From contig NC_068990.1 in the NCBI RefSeq assembly GCF_001194135.2, forward strand, positions 12,365,745 to 12,429,460: a stretch of DNA of 63,716 bases, read 5' to 3'. The notes below the pieces were generated by a model. That model had not been told where the DNA came from and made no database searches. It saw nothing but the letters and a program-made list of their open reading frames with translations. Shown here piece after piece: positions 1 through 12,682 of the stretch. A program made the position numbers and the translations under genes. Every line of letters starts with the position of its first letter. Positions within the stretch are counted from its first letter, which is position 1. The stretch is from Octopus bimaculoides. Its lineage: Eukaryota.

Positions 1-72
<72 letters not shown>

Positions 73-84
73 GTAATAATAATG

Positions 85-137
<53 letters not shown>
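1..137. repeat. (AAT)n microsatellite
   Basis: Near-perfect AAT run from base 1. Confidence 0.98.
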
Positions 138-138
<1 letters not shown>

Positions 139-140
139 TA

Positions 141-345
141 GGTTTCAAATTTTGGCACAAGGCCAGCAGTGTTGGGTGGAGAAAGACTAAGTCAATTACA
201 TCAGCCCCAGCATTCAACTGGTTCTTATTTATCGACCCCAAATGGAGGAAAGGCAAAGTTGACCTTGGTGGAATTAAATGGTGGATGAAATGCCACTAGG
301 CATTTTGCCTGGCATGCTAATGATTCTGCCAGTTGGCCGCCTTCC
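141..345 (-). mobile_element. tRNA-derived SINE, family A (tail type A1)
   Basis: Reverse strand gives tggcagaatcattagcatg, ctttgcctttcctcc, ggggtcgataaataag and ggccttgtgccaaaatttgaaacc; embedded in (AAT)n. Confidence 0.85.
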
Positions 346-780
346 ATAATAATAATAATAATGATAATATAGCTATTCATACTAAATACCATACTAAAGT
401 AAGAGAGAAGTAAAAAAGAAATACAGAGAGTATATAAAACAACTAAACACCAGAGTCAAAGCCAACTGACCAACCATTAGCGCCCAATTAGAATGACTGA
501 CCTATATAGAAAAATACCCTAGACCCCTCGAACCTATATATGTATATGTATATATCAACCAACAAACAATTTAGAAGTAATTTAACCTTGTCTGTGACAG
601 TGTCGCTGTTCACATGGTGGGAATTTTGATATCATATAACAATTAATAAATGCCTAAATGGAGTTAACGAACTGCGTATTATTTAATTGCTAATATGTGT
701 CTTCCATGCTACTGTTGCAATACAGGTATTGTGTTTCTACTATCATAATTTATCTGATGTTGTTTAATTCTTTGTGTCCA

Positions 781-925
781 TGATAAGAACTTTGCTTCCC
801 AACATGGTTCTGGGTTCAGTCCCACTGCATGGCATCTTGGGTTAGTGTTTTCTATTATAGCCATTAGCTGACCAGAACCTTCTTAGTGGGTTTGATAGCC
901 GGAAACTGAAAGAAGTCCACAGTAT
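781..925 (+). mobile_element. CORE-like tRNA SINE, family B, 5' half
   Basis: ggttctgggttcagtcccactgc (B-box-like) through ggaaactgaaagaag; matches copies at 36790 and 62930. Confidence 0.8.
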
Positions 926-971
926 ATAAATATATATATCATCATCATCATCATTTAATGATGATGATTAT

Positions 972-1018
<47 letters not shown>

Positions 1019-1185
1019 CACTCATACACACATACACATAGATACACACACACACACAAGATCNNNNNNNNNNNNNNNNNNNNNNNNNNNNNNNNNNNNN
1101 NNNNNNNNNNNNNNNNNNNNNNNNNNNNNNNNNNNNNNNNNNNNNNNNNNNNNNNNNNNNNNNNNNNNNNNNNNNNNNNNNNNNN

Positions 1186-1222
<37 letters not shown>

Positions 1223-1269
1223 ATATATATGCGATGAGCTTCTTTCAGTTTCTATCTATATATATATAT

Positions 1270-1500
1270 GTATATATTTATGTGTGTCTTTGTGCCTGTG
1301 TTTGTCCCCCATCACCACTCGACAACAGGTGTTGGTATGTTTACATCCCCATAACTTAGTGGTTCAGCAAAAGAGTCCAAATAGAATAAGTACTTGGCTT
1401 AAAAATAAATCCTGGGGTCAATTTGTTTAGCTAAAACCCTTCAAAGTGGTGCTCCAGAATGGCTACAGTCAAATGACTGCAACAAGTCAAAGAAGAAAAG
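1270..1500 (+). mobile_element. SINE family B, 3' half
   Basis: tgtttgtcccc, agaataagtac, cctggggtcaatttg, gtgctccag and cagtcaaatgactg match the 62930-63190 copy in reverse. Confidence 0.8.
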
Positions 1501-1506
1501 AATATT

Positions 1507-1726
1507 GAAGCAGTGAGCTAGCAGAAACGTTAGCATACTGGGCGAAATGCTAAGCAGTATTTCGTCTGCGGTTACGTTCTGAGTTCAAGTTCCGCCGAGG
1601 TCGACTTTGCCTTTCATCCTTTTGGGGATCGATAAATTAAGTACCAGCTGCGTACACGGGTCGATCTAATCGACTGGCCCCCACCCCAAAAATTTCAGGC
1701 CTTTACCTAAAGTAGAAAAGAATATT
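1507..1726 (+). mobile_element. tRNA-derived SINE, family A (A1), first of a tandem pair
   Basis: A-box-like gctagcagaaacgttag, B-box-like gagttcaagttcc, core gtcgactttgcctttcatcc...aattaagtaccag, tail agtagaaaagaatatt. Confidence 0.92.
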
Positions 1727-1740
1727 AGTAGTAGGGAATG

Positions 1741-1949
1741 TGGTGAGCTTGCAGAAACGTTAGCACACCAGGCAAAATGCTTAGTATTTTGTCTGTGTCT
1801 ACATTCTGAGTTCAAATTCCACCGAGGTCAACTTTGCTTTTCATCCTTTCGGGGTCGATAAATTAAGTACCAGTTGCGTACTGGTGTCAATCTAATCGAT
1901 CTAATCCCCCAAAATTTCGGGCCTTGTGCCTAGAGTAGAAAAGAATATT
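1741..1949 (+). mobile_element. tRNA-derived SINE, family A (A1), second of the tandem pair
   Basis: Colinear with 1507-1726 over its whole length. Confidence 0.92.
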
Positions 1950-2959
1950 TAGATCCTTTGACATATATCTTACCTTTCTAAATAATATGATCAGAAGGAT
2001 TTTAGTTTTTTTAAATACCTTTAATTCTCCAACTTTTAATTTACTTTTATTTGAATCAAATGATTTCTTTTTTATAACAAAGAATTATGAAAATTAATTT
2101 TTAAAAATTGCAGTTCGTACAAGTATTTATTAATTTCCTACAGAAAATTTTTTCCAAGATTTTAATCTTCTTTTATACACAGAACTAAATTTCTTATTGT
2201 ATAAGATAAAATTATTTATAGTCATTAAGCTAATATCATTTCACATTAATAATGTAATACCCCTTGTTATGTGTTTTATGTAATTATTTTTATTACTACT
2301 AAACACAGCCTTGTTCAAAATTTCAAATTTTAAGTCCTTTGTTTTCATGTTTGTCAGCTATTAAAATAATCCATACGTATATTAAATGCCCCTTATGCAT
2401 GCACACAGTCATACATACTGACAAACTGAACAAACCTGATTTGGGTTTTTTTTTCCTTTTCCTTCCTTCCTCTCTTTTGTCATATATTGATTATATACAA
2501 CCACATTACAATTATTTTTTTCTTTCTTTTTACTTTTTCATTATTCTACTCCGCCCCATTATAACTAATTTGTTACCTCCTCTATATTTTTTTTTTTACA
2601 TTTATTTATGCGACTAATTGCCATAATCCCAATATAATTTGAAAAGCCAGCTTTGCCCAAACTTTGAAAGTCACTGTCATCTTTTCAAAATAGATATTTC
2701 TTTCTTCAAATACGTATTGAGTTCTTTATTCAGCTGTTTGTTGCTTTCATATAACTGAAAACACCTATATTTGCATGCTTGTGTGCACGTATGTGTGAGT
2801 GTGTGTGTCTAAACAGAGAGAGAGAGATTTACAAAGAAGTGAAATACATACATTATCTTTATGCACACATACATTTGTTTGTGTGTATGTGTGTACATGT
2901 GCGCATGTGTGTGTGAGCGTGTGTGTCATGCACGCACAGATGCATAATGTGTATTGTTT

Positions 2960-4290
2960 TAGTGATATCTAAGTTACTGATGCTTTTGTAGAGGACCTCA
3001 ATAGAAACCATAACAACGGTATTCTGGCAGCTGTTAAGCTGTCTTTTAGCAAATGAGGCTTCTATATTAACGAGGCACTCTAATGTGTATATATAATGAG
3101 CAGATGGTGCTGCCTGTGGCAAATGTGCTACATTTTACACATTCAATAGAGTGCAATATATAAGTTCTAAAGAATTTACCAATATTATTCCAGTGTGCAT
3201 ATTTTATATTGAAGTCAAAGGTTTGACTGTGCACAAATTTTGATGTGTCACGTGCACTTATTACTCTTGTCAGTGAACTTGTTTCTATTTTCTCTTTCAA
3301 ATTGGTTCTAATAGTATCTAATACGATTTTACACTGAAAATCATTACAATTAGTTCATTCATAGCTTTTGTATATTAATCCAAATATTTCAGTTCTAGAT
3401 CAGGACTTGATAATTTCCAAACATTTTGAAGAAACAAATATATTTTCTCTAATTATGTATTAAGTGGTTTTTATTATCAACCTCCTAGTTTAACAATCCC
3501 AAATTTTATGAAATTCTGTACCAATCTTAGGCCTTCTTCCATGCATGCCAGATTACTGTTGAGAGAAACTTTGCTGTTTATAAAATAGAATGATTTATAG
3601 GAAGATCTTTTGCTTAAACTCAATTTGTTTAGACTGCAGTTTTTCCAATAGAGATAAGACTTATTATAATCCTCATCATCAACTCCATCTTCATTACCAC
3701 CATCATCATTGTCTTTGTTGTCATTCTCATTGTTATTGTCATTATCATCTTCAATTCTAATGTTTGATTGCTCCTGTACTACACAATGTCTTGCCAAAAG
3801 TTATATCTGTTCCTAAAAGCTGGTGCTCTATTTCTATTGGTTTATGTGAGGTTAATATTGTTTCTTGCATCCTTTGATTTCCAAATGTGCTTGCACAGTG
3901 ATGTAGTGCTTTCCATATGGTAGTACTGAAACAAGCTGTTTGGTGGCTGCTGGTAGCTATTTTAGAATATTGGGGTTTACAGAAATTTAAGACCAAGACC
4001 AAGTAAAATGTTAGACATGGTGATGTTGCATATCAGGATATTGTGCCACACTGAAAGGATGAGGAAAAACTCATGAAAGTAAAATTATTTAAGCTTGTAT
4101 GCCATTGTAAAAGGAAGTTTTGAATATTTGGAGCAAAGTCCTTCTTTGCACAACAGAAAAGTGTCATGATATCCTTTCTCAATTTGAAACAGAAAGCTTC
4201 TCTTCCCTGAAGAATAATTCTGCACAAAATAGTCAAAATTCATCTTTATATAACCGATAACTACTCGAGTAATTTTACTATCATACCTCA
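2960..4290 (-). pseudogene. Microsatellite-poor segment with interrupted protein-like frames; possible fossil transposase (MULE/SWIM-like) or UTR
   Basis: Stop- and frameshift-interrupted frames include LFQYYHMESTTSLCKHIW (SWIM-like CKH), an acidic tract and FQCKIVLDTIRTNLKEKIE. No homology could be confirmed. Confidence 0.25.
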
Positions 4291-4371
4291 TATATTTAGA
4301 TGTGATATTTAGATTTTTCTTTTGTTATACATATATAACAAAAGAAAATTCCAAATATATCCAAAATTCGA

Positions 4372-4432
<61 letters not shown>

Positions 4433-4461
4433 CAACATAAGAAATATCCCTAAAATTCCAA

Positions 4462-4506
<45 letters not shown>

Positions 4507-4839
4507 GTATCTACATATGTATTTATATACATGAACATATATGTATATATGTATTTATAGACATAGATGCATATACATATATATATATATATATATATAT
4601 GTACATACACTCACACACAACAAACATATACACATACACAGACATATGCATACAATACACAACTGTGACTATGTACGTCAGTGTGTATGTACTATGAAGT
4701 TGAATGTTATTTTTATCAGATTTTATGGTAATTCAGTAATAATGTGCTTTAAGCAATACATAAAAAAGAACCCTTATTTTTTGCTATTTACATCCACTTC
4801 CTAGCATTCATGCCAATAAGGAAAGTCTATACATGGTTG

Positions 4840-5043
4840 CATGGCTTGTTATAAATAGCAGCCAAAATCTCACTCATATTACAACATTCTTAACAAAATG
4901 AAAGGACATTGAACGGAGTAAGTCCTACGTATTGTGAGTCAGAAAAAAGGATAAACCACTAGAGTCTCTGCAGGGAATAAATGGCTTTGATCACAGGTGA
5001 TCACAGGGCTGACCTGGGGCTAAGCAGCCACAACAACAACAAC
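4840..5043 (+). mobile_element. Interspersed retroposon-like repeat, family E
   Basis: aaatagcagccaaaatctc...gggctgacctggggctaag followed by an (AAC)n tail; recurs at several sites in the window. Confidence 0.7.
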
Positions 5044-5438
5044 AAAAATATCAAATATCATCCAAATAGTGTTAAAGCTTAAACATGTTAGCACCTTCAT
5101 TTGGGTGAATTTCCTGATATTTCATCCATCTCTAATAGAAAATATCTACTGCCAATATTGTTTGAGTTTTTAACAAATGTCTGTCTTACTGTAGATTTTT
5201 AATGATATCATTATTATGATATTACATTGCTTTGCATCAATGAAAACTTTTATATCATTGTTACCTATACCGATATCTCTTTCATATCATTGTTATCAAT
5301 ATATCTTTGATATTATTGTTATTAATATATTTCAAATATTATTTGTTCTCCTGCATCAATATTGTTCATTTTTTCCCTTTTTTTTTTCTCTTTGCTTCAC
5401 ATCTTCATCAATCTTGCCTCATATCTTTGTGTGTGTAG

Positions 5439-5476
<38 letters not shown>

Positions 5477-6914
5477 GCATGTGCATATATGCTTATATGT
5501 ACATATATATGTATGTATTTGTAAGTTTGTGTTTGAGAGTTTGTATGCGTGTATTCCTCTCTATACAGATATATTCATAAACATTAAGGTATCTCTGTAT
5601 AGATTTATAAATATATTTCTCAACGATTTTTCTCTTTGTACCTCTTTGTTGCACACAATCTCTTTGCATAACCTACTATCTCTTTTTCCTCTATCTCTCT
5701 CTTCCTCATTTTTCCTCTTCTGTTTTCTCTCTCTCACTCTCTCTTTCCCTTTCCTGTTTTCTCTCAAACACCTTCCTTCTCATACTTCATTTTATCCTAT
5801 TCAGTACTTAGGATGAATAACCACAACTACTCTCACTCTCTTTCTCCCTCTCTCTCTTTCTCTCCTCATCCGCTCATCCTTGCTCTTTCTCACAGTATCT
5901 CTCTACTCTTCTCCTTACCTCACGTTGAATTCCCCTTTCATTTTCAGTATTGCTAACAAACAAGAAAAGCATTCGTTACCCAACTCCTTTTCTCCCTCTC
6001 AAATAAACCATCTTCTATTCAAAGCTGTTTGATCTTCTATGGAAATACAACAAAAATAAATAAACATATAAATAAATAGCTGTAACAAAACATATATTCT
6101 CTCTCTGAAAGCTCAGTAATTTTAAGGTTGGATATTGGTACAAAAATTTCTACCCACATCACTCACAATTTTTAGCCTATTTGTAAAAATTAAATAAATT
6201 TAGGGTCAATGAATANNNNNNNNNNNNNNNNNNNNNNNNNNNNNNNNNNNNNNNNNNNNNNNNNNNNNNNNNNNNNNNNNNNNNNNNNNNNNNNNNNNNN
6301 NNNNNNNNNNNNNNNNNNNNNNNNNNNNNNNNNNNNNNNNNNNNNNNNNNNNNNNNNNNNNNNNNNNNNNNNNNNNNNNNNNNNNNNNNNNNNNNNNNNN
6401 NNNNNNNNNNNNNNNNNNNNNNNNNNNNNNNNNNNNNNNNNNNNNNNNNNNNNNNNNNNNNNNNNNNNNNNNNNNNNNNNNNNNNNNNNNNNNNNNNNNN
6501 NNNNNNNNNNNNNNNNNNNNNNNNNNNNNNNNNNNNNNNNNNNNNNNNNNNNNNNNNNNNNNNNNNNNNNNNNNNNNNNNNNNNNNNNNNNNNNNNNNNN
6601 NNNNNNNNNNNNNNNNNNNNNNNNNNNNNNNNNNNNNNNNNNNNNNNNNNNNNNNNNNNNNNNNNNNNNNNNNNNNNNNNNNNNNNNNNNNNNNNNNNNN
6701 NNNNNNNNNNNNNNNNNNNNNNNNNNNNNNNNNNNNNNNNNNNNNNNNNNNNNNNNNNNNNNNNNNNNNNNNNNNNNNNNNNNNNNNNNNNNNNNNNNNN
6801 NNNNNNNNNNNNNNNNNNNNNNNNNNNNNNNNNNNNNNNNNNNNNNNNNNNNNNNNNNNNNNNNNNNNNNNNNNNNNNNNNNNNNNNNNNNNNNNNNNNN
6901 NNNNNNNNNNNNNN

Positions 6915-6999
<85 letters not shown>

Positions 7000-7423
7000 C
7001 ATATAAATGTATATGTCTGCACATATAATATCATATTATATATGTGTGCATATATATGTATATGCGTGTATGTGTGTGTGTGTGTGTGTGTTTGCATGTG
7101 TGCATGTAAATGTTTACATATACATGTGCATGTATATTTATATAATATGTAAATATATTTATATATTCATGCAGATATATATACTTTTATATACACTCCT
7201 TGAGCTGTTGAAAGAAAACTTAGATCGGTATTTTACTTTTCAGTAGAGTAATACAAGAATTCATACAGAAACACATACATAAATGTATGTATATAGACAT
7301 ATTTATATATGTATATGTATGTATATTTATACGAATGTGTATATTTGACTTGTATGTTTGCTTGTTCATGCATTTGTGTGTATATGTGTGTGTGTATGCA
7401 AGTGTGTGTGTGTGTGCGGGTAT

Positions 7424-7476
<53 letters not shown>

Positions 7477-7889
7477 ACTAATAATGCTACTAATTTGTTG
7501 GATAAGTAAGTAGAAGAGCTTAGAAAGAGAACAATGAAAAAAAATAGTGTAAATAAATGGATAAATAAATATATACTGGGAAACTTGTTTAAGGCAAACG
7601 GTTCATGTTATCAGAATTGGAAGAACATTAAAAAAAGAAAAAAAAGTGAAAAAAAAAAAAAAACGGAAGAAGGAATTGAAAGATCACATGAAAAATTGGG
7701 ATGTTTTATCAGAGTGTTTATTATTGATACTCCCACTGACAGAAACAGTGAAATAAATTACACACACACACATGCACATAGACATATATATATATATCTT
7801 TGTGAAAATATGTATATATATATATATATATATGTCTGTGTGTGTGATATGTATGGATATATATGTGTGTGTGCATGTGTACACACACA

Positions 7890-7940
<51 letters not shown>

Positions 7941-8991
7941 GCATATGCTAGTATATGTGTCTTAGTATGGTTCATAAGAAGAGACACTTGAAAAGAAAGT
8001 GAGGCCAATTATTAAAATAAATATATATATACAATATATTAGCTGTGATATTGGGCATATTCGATATCTATTTATTTCAGCATATAGCTTGAATTTATTT
8101 TGAACCATCAGTTCATATTCGCTATATTTATCATTCTATATGTTCTCATATACAACTTGATTCTTTTCACATTTAAAGAGACTTCTGACAAATTTGTTTT
8201 GAATATGAATGCAAATCATATAAATATATATATATATATATANNNNNNNNNNNNNNNNNNNNNNNNNNNNNNNNNNNNNNNNNNNNNNNNNNNNNNNNNN
8301 NNNNNNNNNNNNNNNNNNNNNNNNNNNNNNNNNNNNNNNNNNNNNNNNNNNNNNNNNNNNNNNNNNNNNNNNNNNNNNNNNNNNNNNNNNNNNNNNNNNN
8401 NNNNNNNNNNNNNNNNNNNNNNNNNNNNNNNNNNNNNNNNNNNNNNNNNNNNNNNNNNNNNNNNNNNNNNNNNNNNNNNNNNNNNNNNNNNNNNNNNNNN
8501 NNNNNNNNNNNNNNNNNNNNNNNNNNNNNNNNNNNNNNNNNNNNNNNNNNNNNNNNNNNNNNNNNNNNNNNNNNNNNNNNNNNNNNNNNNNNNNNNNNNN
8601 NNNNNNNNNNNNNNNNNNNNNNNNNNNNNNNNNNNNNNNNNNNNNNNNNNNNNNNNNNNNNNNNNNNNNNNNNNNNNNNNNNNNNNNNNNNNNNNNNNNN
8701 NNNNNNNNNNNNNNNNNNNNNNNNNNNNNNNNNNNNNNNNNNNNNNNNNNNNNNNNNNNNNNNNNNNNNNNNNNNNNNNNNNNNNNNNNNNNNNNNNNNN
8801 NNNNNNNNNNNNNNNNNNNNNNNNNNNNNNNNNNNNNNNNNNNNNNNNNNNNNNNNNNNNNNNNNNNNNNNNNNNNNNNNNNNNNNNNNNNNNNNNNNNN
8901 NNNNNNNNNNNNNNNNNNNNNNNNNNNNNNNNNNNNNNNNNNNNNNNNNNNNNNNNNNNNNNNNNNNNNNNNNNNNNNNNNNTATATATAT

Positions 8992-9026
<35 letters not shown>

Positions 9027-9239
9027 TACATATATATATGTATATAAATAGACTTTGCCTAGCAAATTATTTTATTTTCTAAAAAAAGAAGTCAGAAACC
9101 ATGGTCTAGGAGATAGGTGGTAAATATTTTTATTTTTCATTCCCTTCGAAGTTTATCCCTAATAGTGGTTTGGATTTTGGCAGTTCCTTCTAGCGTACCA
9201 GGAAGATATGAATGTGCATATTTGAATGCTGTTTTTTGC

Positions 9240-9500
9240 CACAATAAAAGATTTCATCCTTCAGGCCGTGTGTATTCATAACACATGCATGTCTCCGGTG
9301 TAAGTAGACTTTGATACACTACAGTGTTTCGACCTTTTTGTGTGTCTCCTCATTCACAGCTACCCCAACAAACTGGTGAATCTCCAAAGAGCAAGAGCGC
9401 TTGTTTATTAGAATCACAAACAAATTATTTGCTGATGCATGCAGATGTCTTCCAAACAGATAATAATTCATGAGGTGAATGCAAAACAACAAGAATAATG
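9240..9500 (-). mobile_element. Penelope-like element 3' end / pLTR fragment
   Basis: Minus frame FGRHLHASANNLFVILINKRSCSLEIHQFVGVAVNEE resembles a decayed GIY-YIG C-terminus and runs into a hammerhead motif. Confidence 0.5.
9304..9363 (-). ncRNA. Type I hammerhead ribozyme motif with a C3->A core change
   Basis: GUAGCUGUGA-[A]UGAGGA-GAC(10-nt loop)GUC-GAAA-CAC(UGUA)GUG-U-A|UCAAAGUCUAC. All three stems pair; predicted cleavage triplet GUA at 9317-9315. Confidence 0.7.
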
Positions 9501-12139
9501 CATCTATTCATTCTTAAAATGTTCTGGCAGATTTGAACACGACTATCTGATCACTGTCACATATATATATATATATATATATATATAGATGCAAACATAT
9601 GTATATATACACATATATAAACATATACATACATATAGATATACATATATATATATACATATACACACATACATATATATCTGAGACAATGCATTGGAGT
9701 ATATAATTGAAATATATACACATATATGCATGCATATAGAAACATCCTATCAAATGCATTTCCCAATTGTTCTGAAATTTTATAGTTTTTTAAAGACCGT
9801 TTGAAATGTGTGGCATGAATATTTTTATAGATTTCTTTAGAAAATACATCGAGAAATCTTCCTTTTTCCATGCTTAATTTAACTTTGAGTACAATTTTTC
9901 CTGACAATAATATCCTTTTATTACAAAATGCATCAATTTCCAACCAGCAATTTATATGCGGCTATTTGCCTTATAAATATATTACATTATCAGACTAGCT
10001 TCAATACAATTTCCAGAAAATAAAAGCAAAAAAAAAAAACAAGAAATGAAAAATAAAAAAAATATAGCTATTGCATAATTTCTGTCAGTTATTGTACATG
10101 TACATTTGACTATTTCTATGTGTCTATTTTATTTTCTATTTGTTTATCTGTTTGTTTCTACTTTATTTTATTTATACTGTTTTTAGTCTTAGTTTTGTGA
10201 AATGTTGATGGAATACAATGAATGTTGATTCCGAGTCTTGAAAAATCAATATAAATATATATATATGTATATATATATATTTACTGAACGCTTTCATGTT
10301 AAAAAGGTGTAAGTAACCTACATCGAATCATTTTTGAGTATGAAATAAATATCAGAGATTTACTTAAATGATATAGAAAATTGATGTAAAATAATTGGTT
10401 TTCTTTCATAAAAGTTATGAAGATAAAAAGGAAAAAAAAAAGCAAAAGAATCAAACACAATATTATAAATAATTTGAAAATAACAAATCTTAAGTATTGC
10501 CCTAGAAACAACTACATGAGAATTGTTTTTGAATGAAATAAAAAATATTCTTCAATGATGTAAGAGAATGTCAGTGCATAAATTATCACTCTTACATGTC
10601 TTCGATTTCCTGTAATGATCTTTATTAAATCCTCTGTATATGATGCAAGAATGTCATTCCTTTCTTTGAAAGTTTAACCACTATAATAATAATAAAAAAA
10701 AAGACACTGTTTTGAAAGCAGTACAATATGACTTCAGTGCAATAAAACTTGAGTGTTTCTTATGTCTAACTATCCATCCATCCATCAAACTTTTCTTTGT
10801 TTCTGTAGAAGAATTCATGGTAAAAAAGTAAATTCTTTAACATTCACTTAAGCATTGTACACATGACATAATAGAAACAGTGTGGGTTTGTTTTATTTTC
10901 AAAGATTTTTTAATTTAAACATTTTTTTATCTTAAAACATGCTTTACTCCAAGAATCAAAATAATATGGGCTCTAGCTATTTGTAAGGGCATACATCTTT
11001 GAAATTTTCTATTAGATTATGAAAGAACTGGTTGTCTCAAAGTATCTTTTAGACTTTTAACAACTGGTATAGTAAAGTGATGGCAGCAATAAAGGAAACC
11101 TAACTAATTCACAAAAGATTTGAGAAGAATAAGATACCTCATTGTTACGATGATGATGATAGCCATCATCATCATCATCATCATCATCATCATTATGATC
11201 ATGACCGTGGTTGCCAACATCACTATTTTTACCATTTTTCTCATGCTTTAATTTACTATGCTCTCCTTCTCTATTTCATCTTTTATCAATCCTAACTTTC
11301 TAAGATCTAATTGAATTCTCACATAGCAAGTTTTCTTTGAGATTTTTCTACAGTAAGCTCATGGCACTGACTATAAACGAAATTTCAATATGGCCAATTT
11401 ACATAGAATTCATTAGTTCTTATTATATCAAACCAAAATCAAAGCTTATGTCAAATCAGATTGACTTTTGATGAGAAACTTTGAAGAACTAATCTATATA
11501 ATAACAAGTAGTGCCAGCATATTCAATTCTGTTATTGGAAAATTAAGGTCCTTGAAAGTTTCCACCAGAGATACGTAATGATCTATAAACTGTTAAAACA
11601 TTTTAATCAACACAACCAAAAAAAAAAGGGTGCAAAAAATGAAAAAGAAAAAATATCGAATTTTTATCTGTATAAATAATTCTTATGTTTATGGTTTTTT
11701 TTTTACATTTGAACATTGGAAAATAAAATATGCTAAAATTTGTGTTGGTGAAAATAAAATGAATTTGATAAAATGGTGGAGGTAATCAAAATGGAAGAAT
11801 TACAAACCAAGTGCATTAAAATGGTATTTTGTTTTATTGTGTTAAGTTCCAAGTAAAACTTCTGTTAGGATCAAGCGAACCTGTCATCTCATTGTGTGCA
11901 ACAGTTTAATATTGAAGTTCGGTGCATTGATTATATTATTTCTCTTCAAGTATTGGCTTTATCCTTTGTCATTTTTGTGTTCTTTTATTTCCATTGTGCG
12001 TAGTATTGCACATTGGTTTGTGTTTAGTTGGTTGCAGTAGAAGATCTGTTTTTCTATGAGAACAATTTACCAGTACTTCAATTTCACTGTCTCCATTTCT
12101 GGAATTCCCACTGGGAATTCTCACAGTATAGTCAATTAT

Positions 12140-12335
12140 GAAGCAGAGAGAGGAGGAAGAGAGATTGAAGAGAGAAGGGGAGAGGGGGGGGGGAAGAGAG
12201 AGAAAGGTGAGAGGGGGAAGAGAGAGATTAGCAAAAGAAGGGGAGAGAGAGAGAAGGGAGATAGAGAAGGGAGAGAGAGGAGGAAGAGAGACGAAAGAGA
12301 AAGAAAATGAAAAGAGAGAGGAAAGAGACAGCTGA
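12140..12335. repeat. Polypurine (GA/GGA-rich) low-complexity tract
   Basis: Almost exclusively A/G on the + strand. Confidence 0.9.
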
Positions 12336-12359
12336 ACAGAAGGACTCAGTAATTGAATA

Positions 12360-12480
12360 GTACGTTGTTAGTCAACCCCAGATGGAGGAAAAGCAAAGCA
12401 AATTTGACTCTGGAGAGAGTTGAACTCACAGCTCAAAGAACCAGAACAAATTCTGCAATGTGTTCTAACAGATGCTCCAA
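12360..12480 (-). mobile_element. Old, degenerate family A SINE fragment
   Basis: gtcaaccccagatggaggaaaagcaaagc...ttgaactca is recognisable but diverged. Confidence 0.5.
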
Positions 12481-12547
12481 AGAAATCAATGCTAAGAGTA
12501 AAGGTACTGAACTGATATTAAGATATACAAAGTTTCTCTGTTTATGA

Positions 12548-12682
<135 letters not shown>

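Noticed and set aside
1507-1600. SINE heads (families A, B, F, G) as tRNA genes
   Set aside because: A/B-box-like motifs are present, but I could not form a cloverleaf or acceptor stem; they continue into SINE cores and have TSDs.
11869-12040. Two stop-free hydrophobic frames after ttctgttAG (possible transmembrane exon)
   Set aside because: T-rich sequence yields hydrophobic frames by chance; weak acceptor and no recognisable homology.
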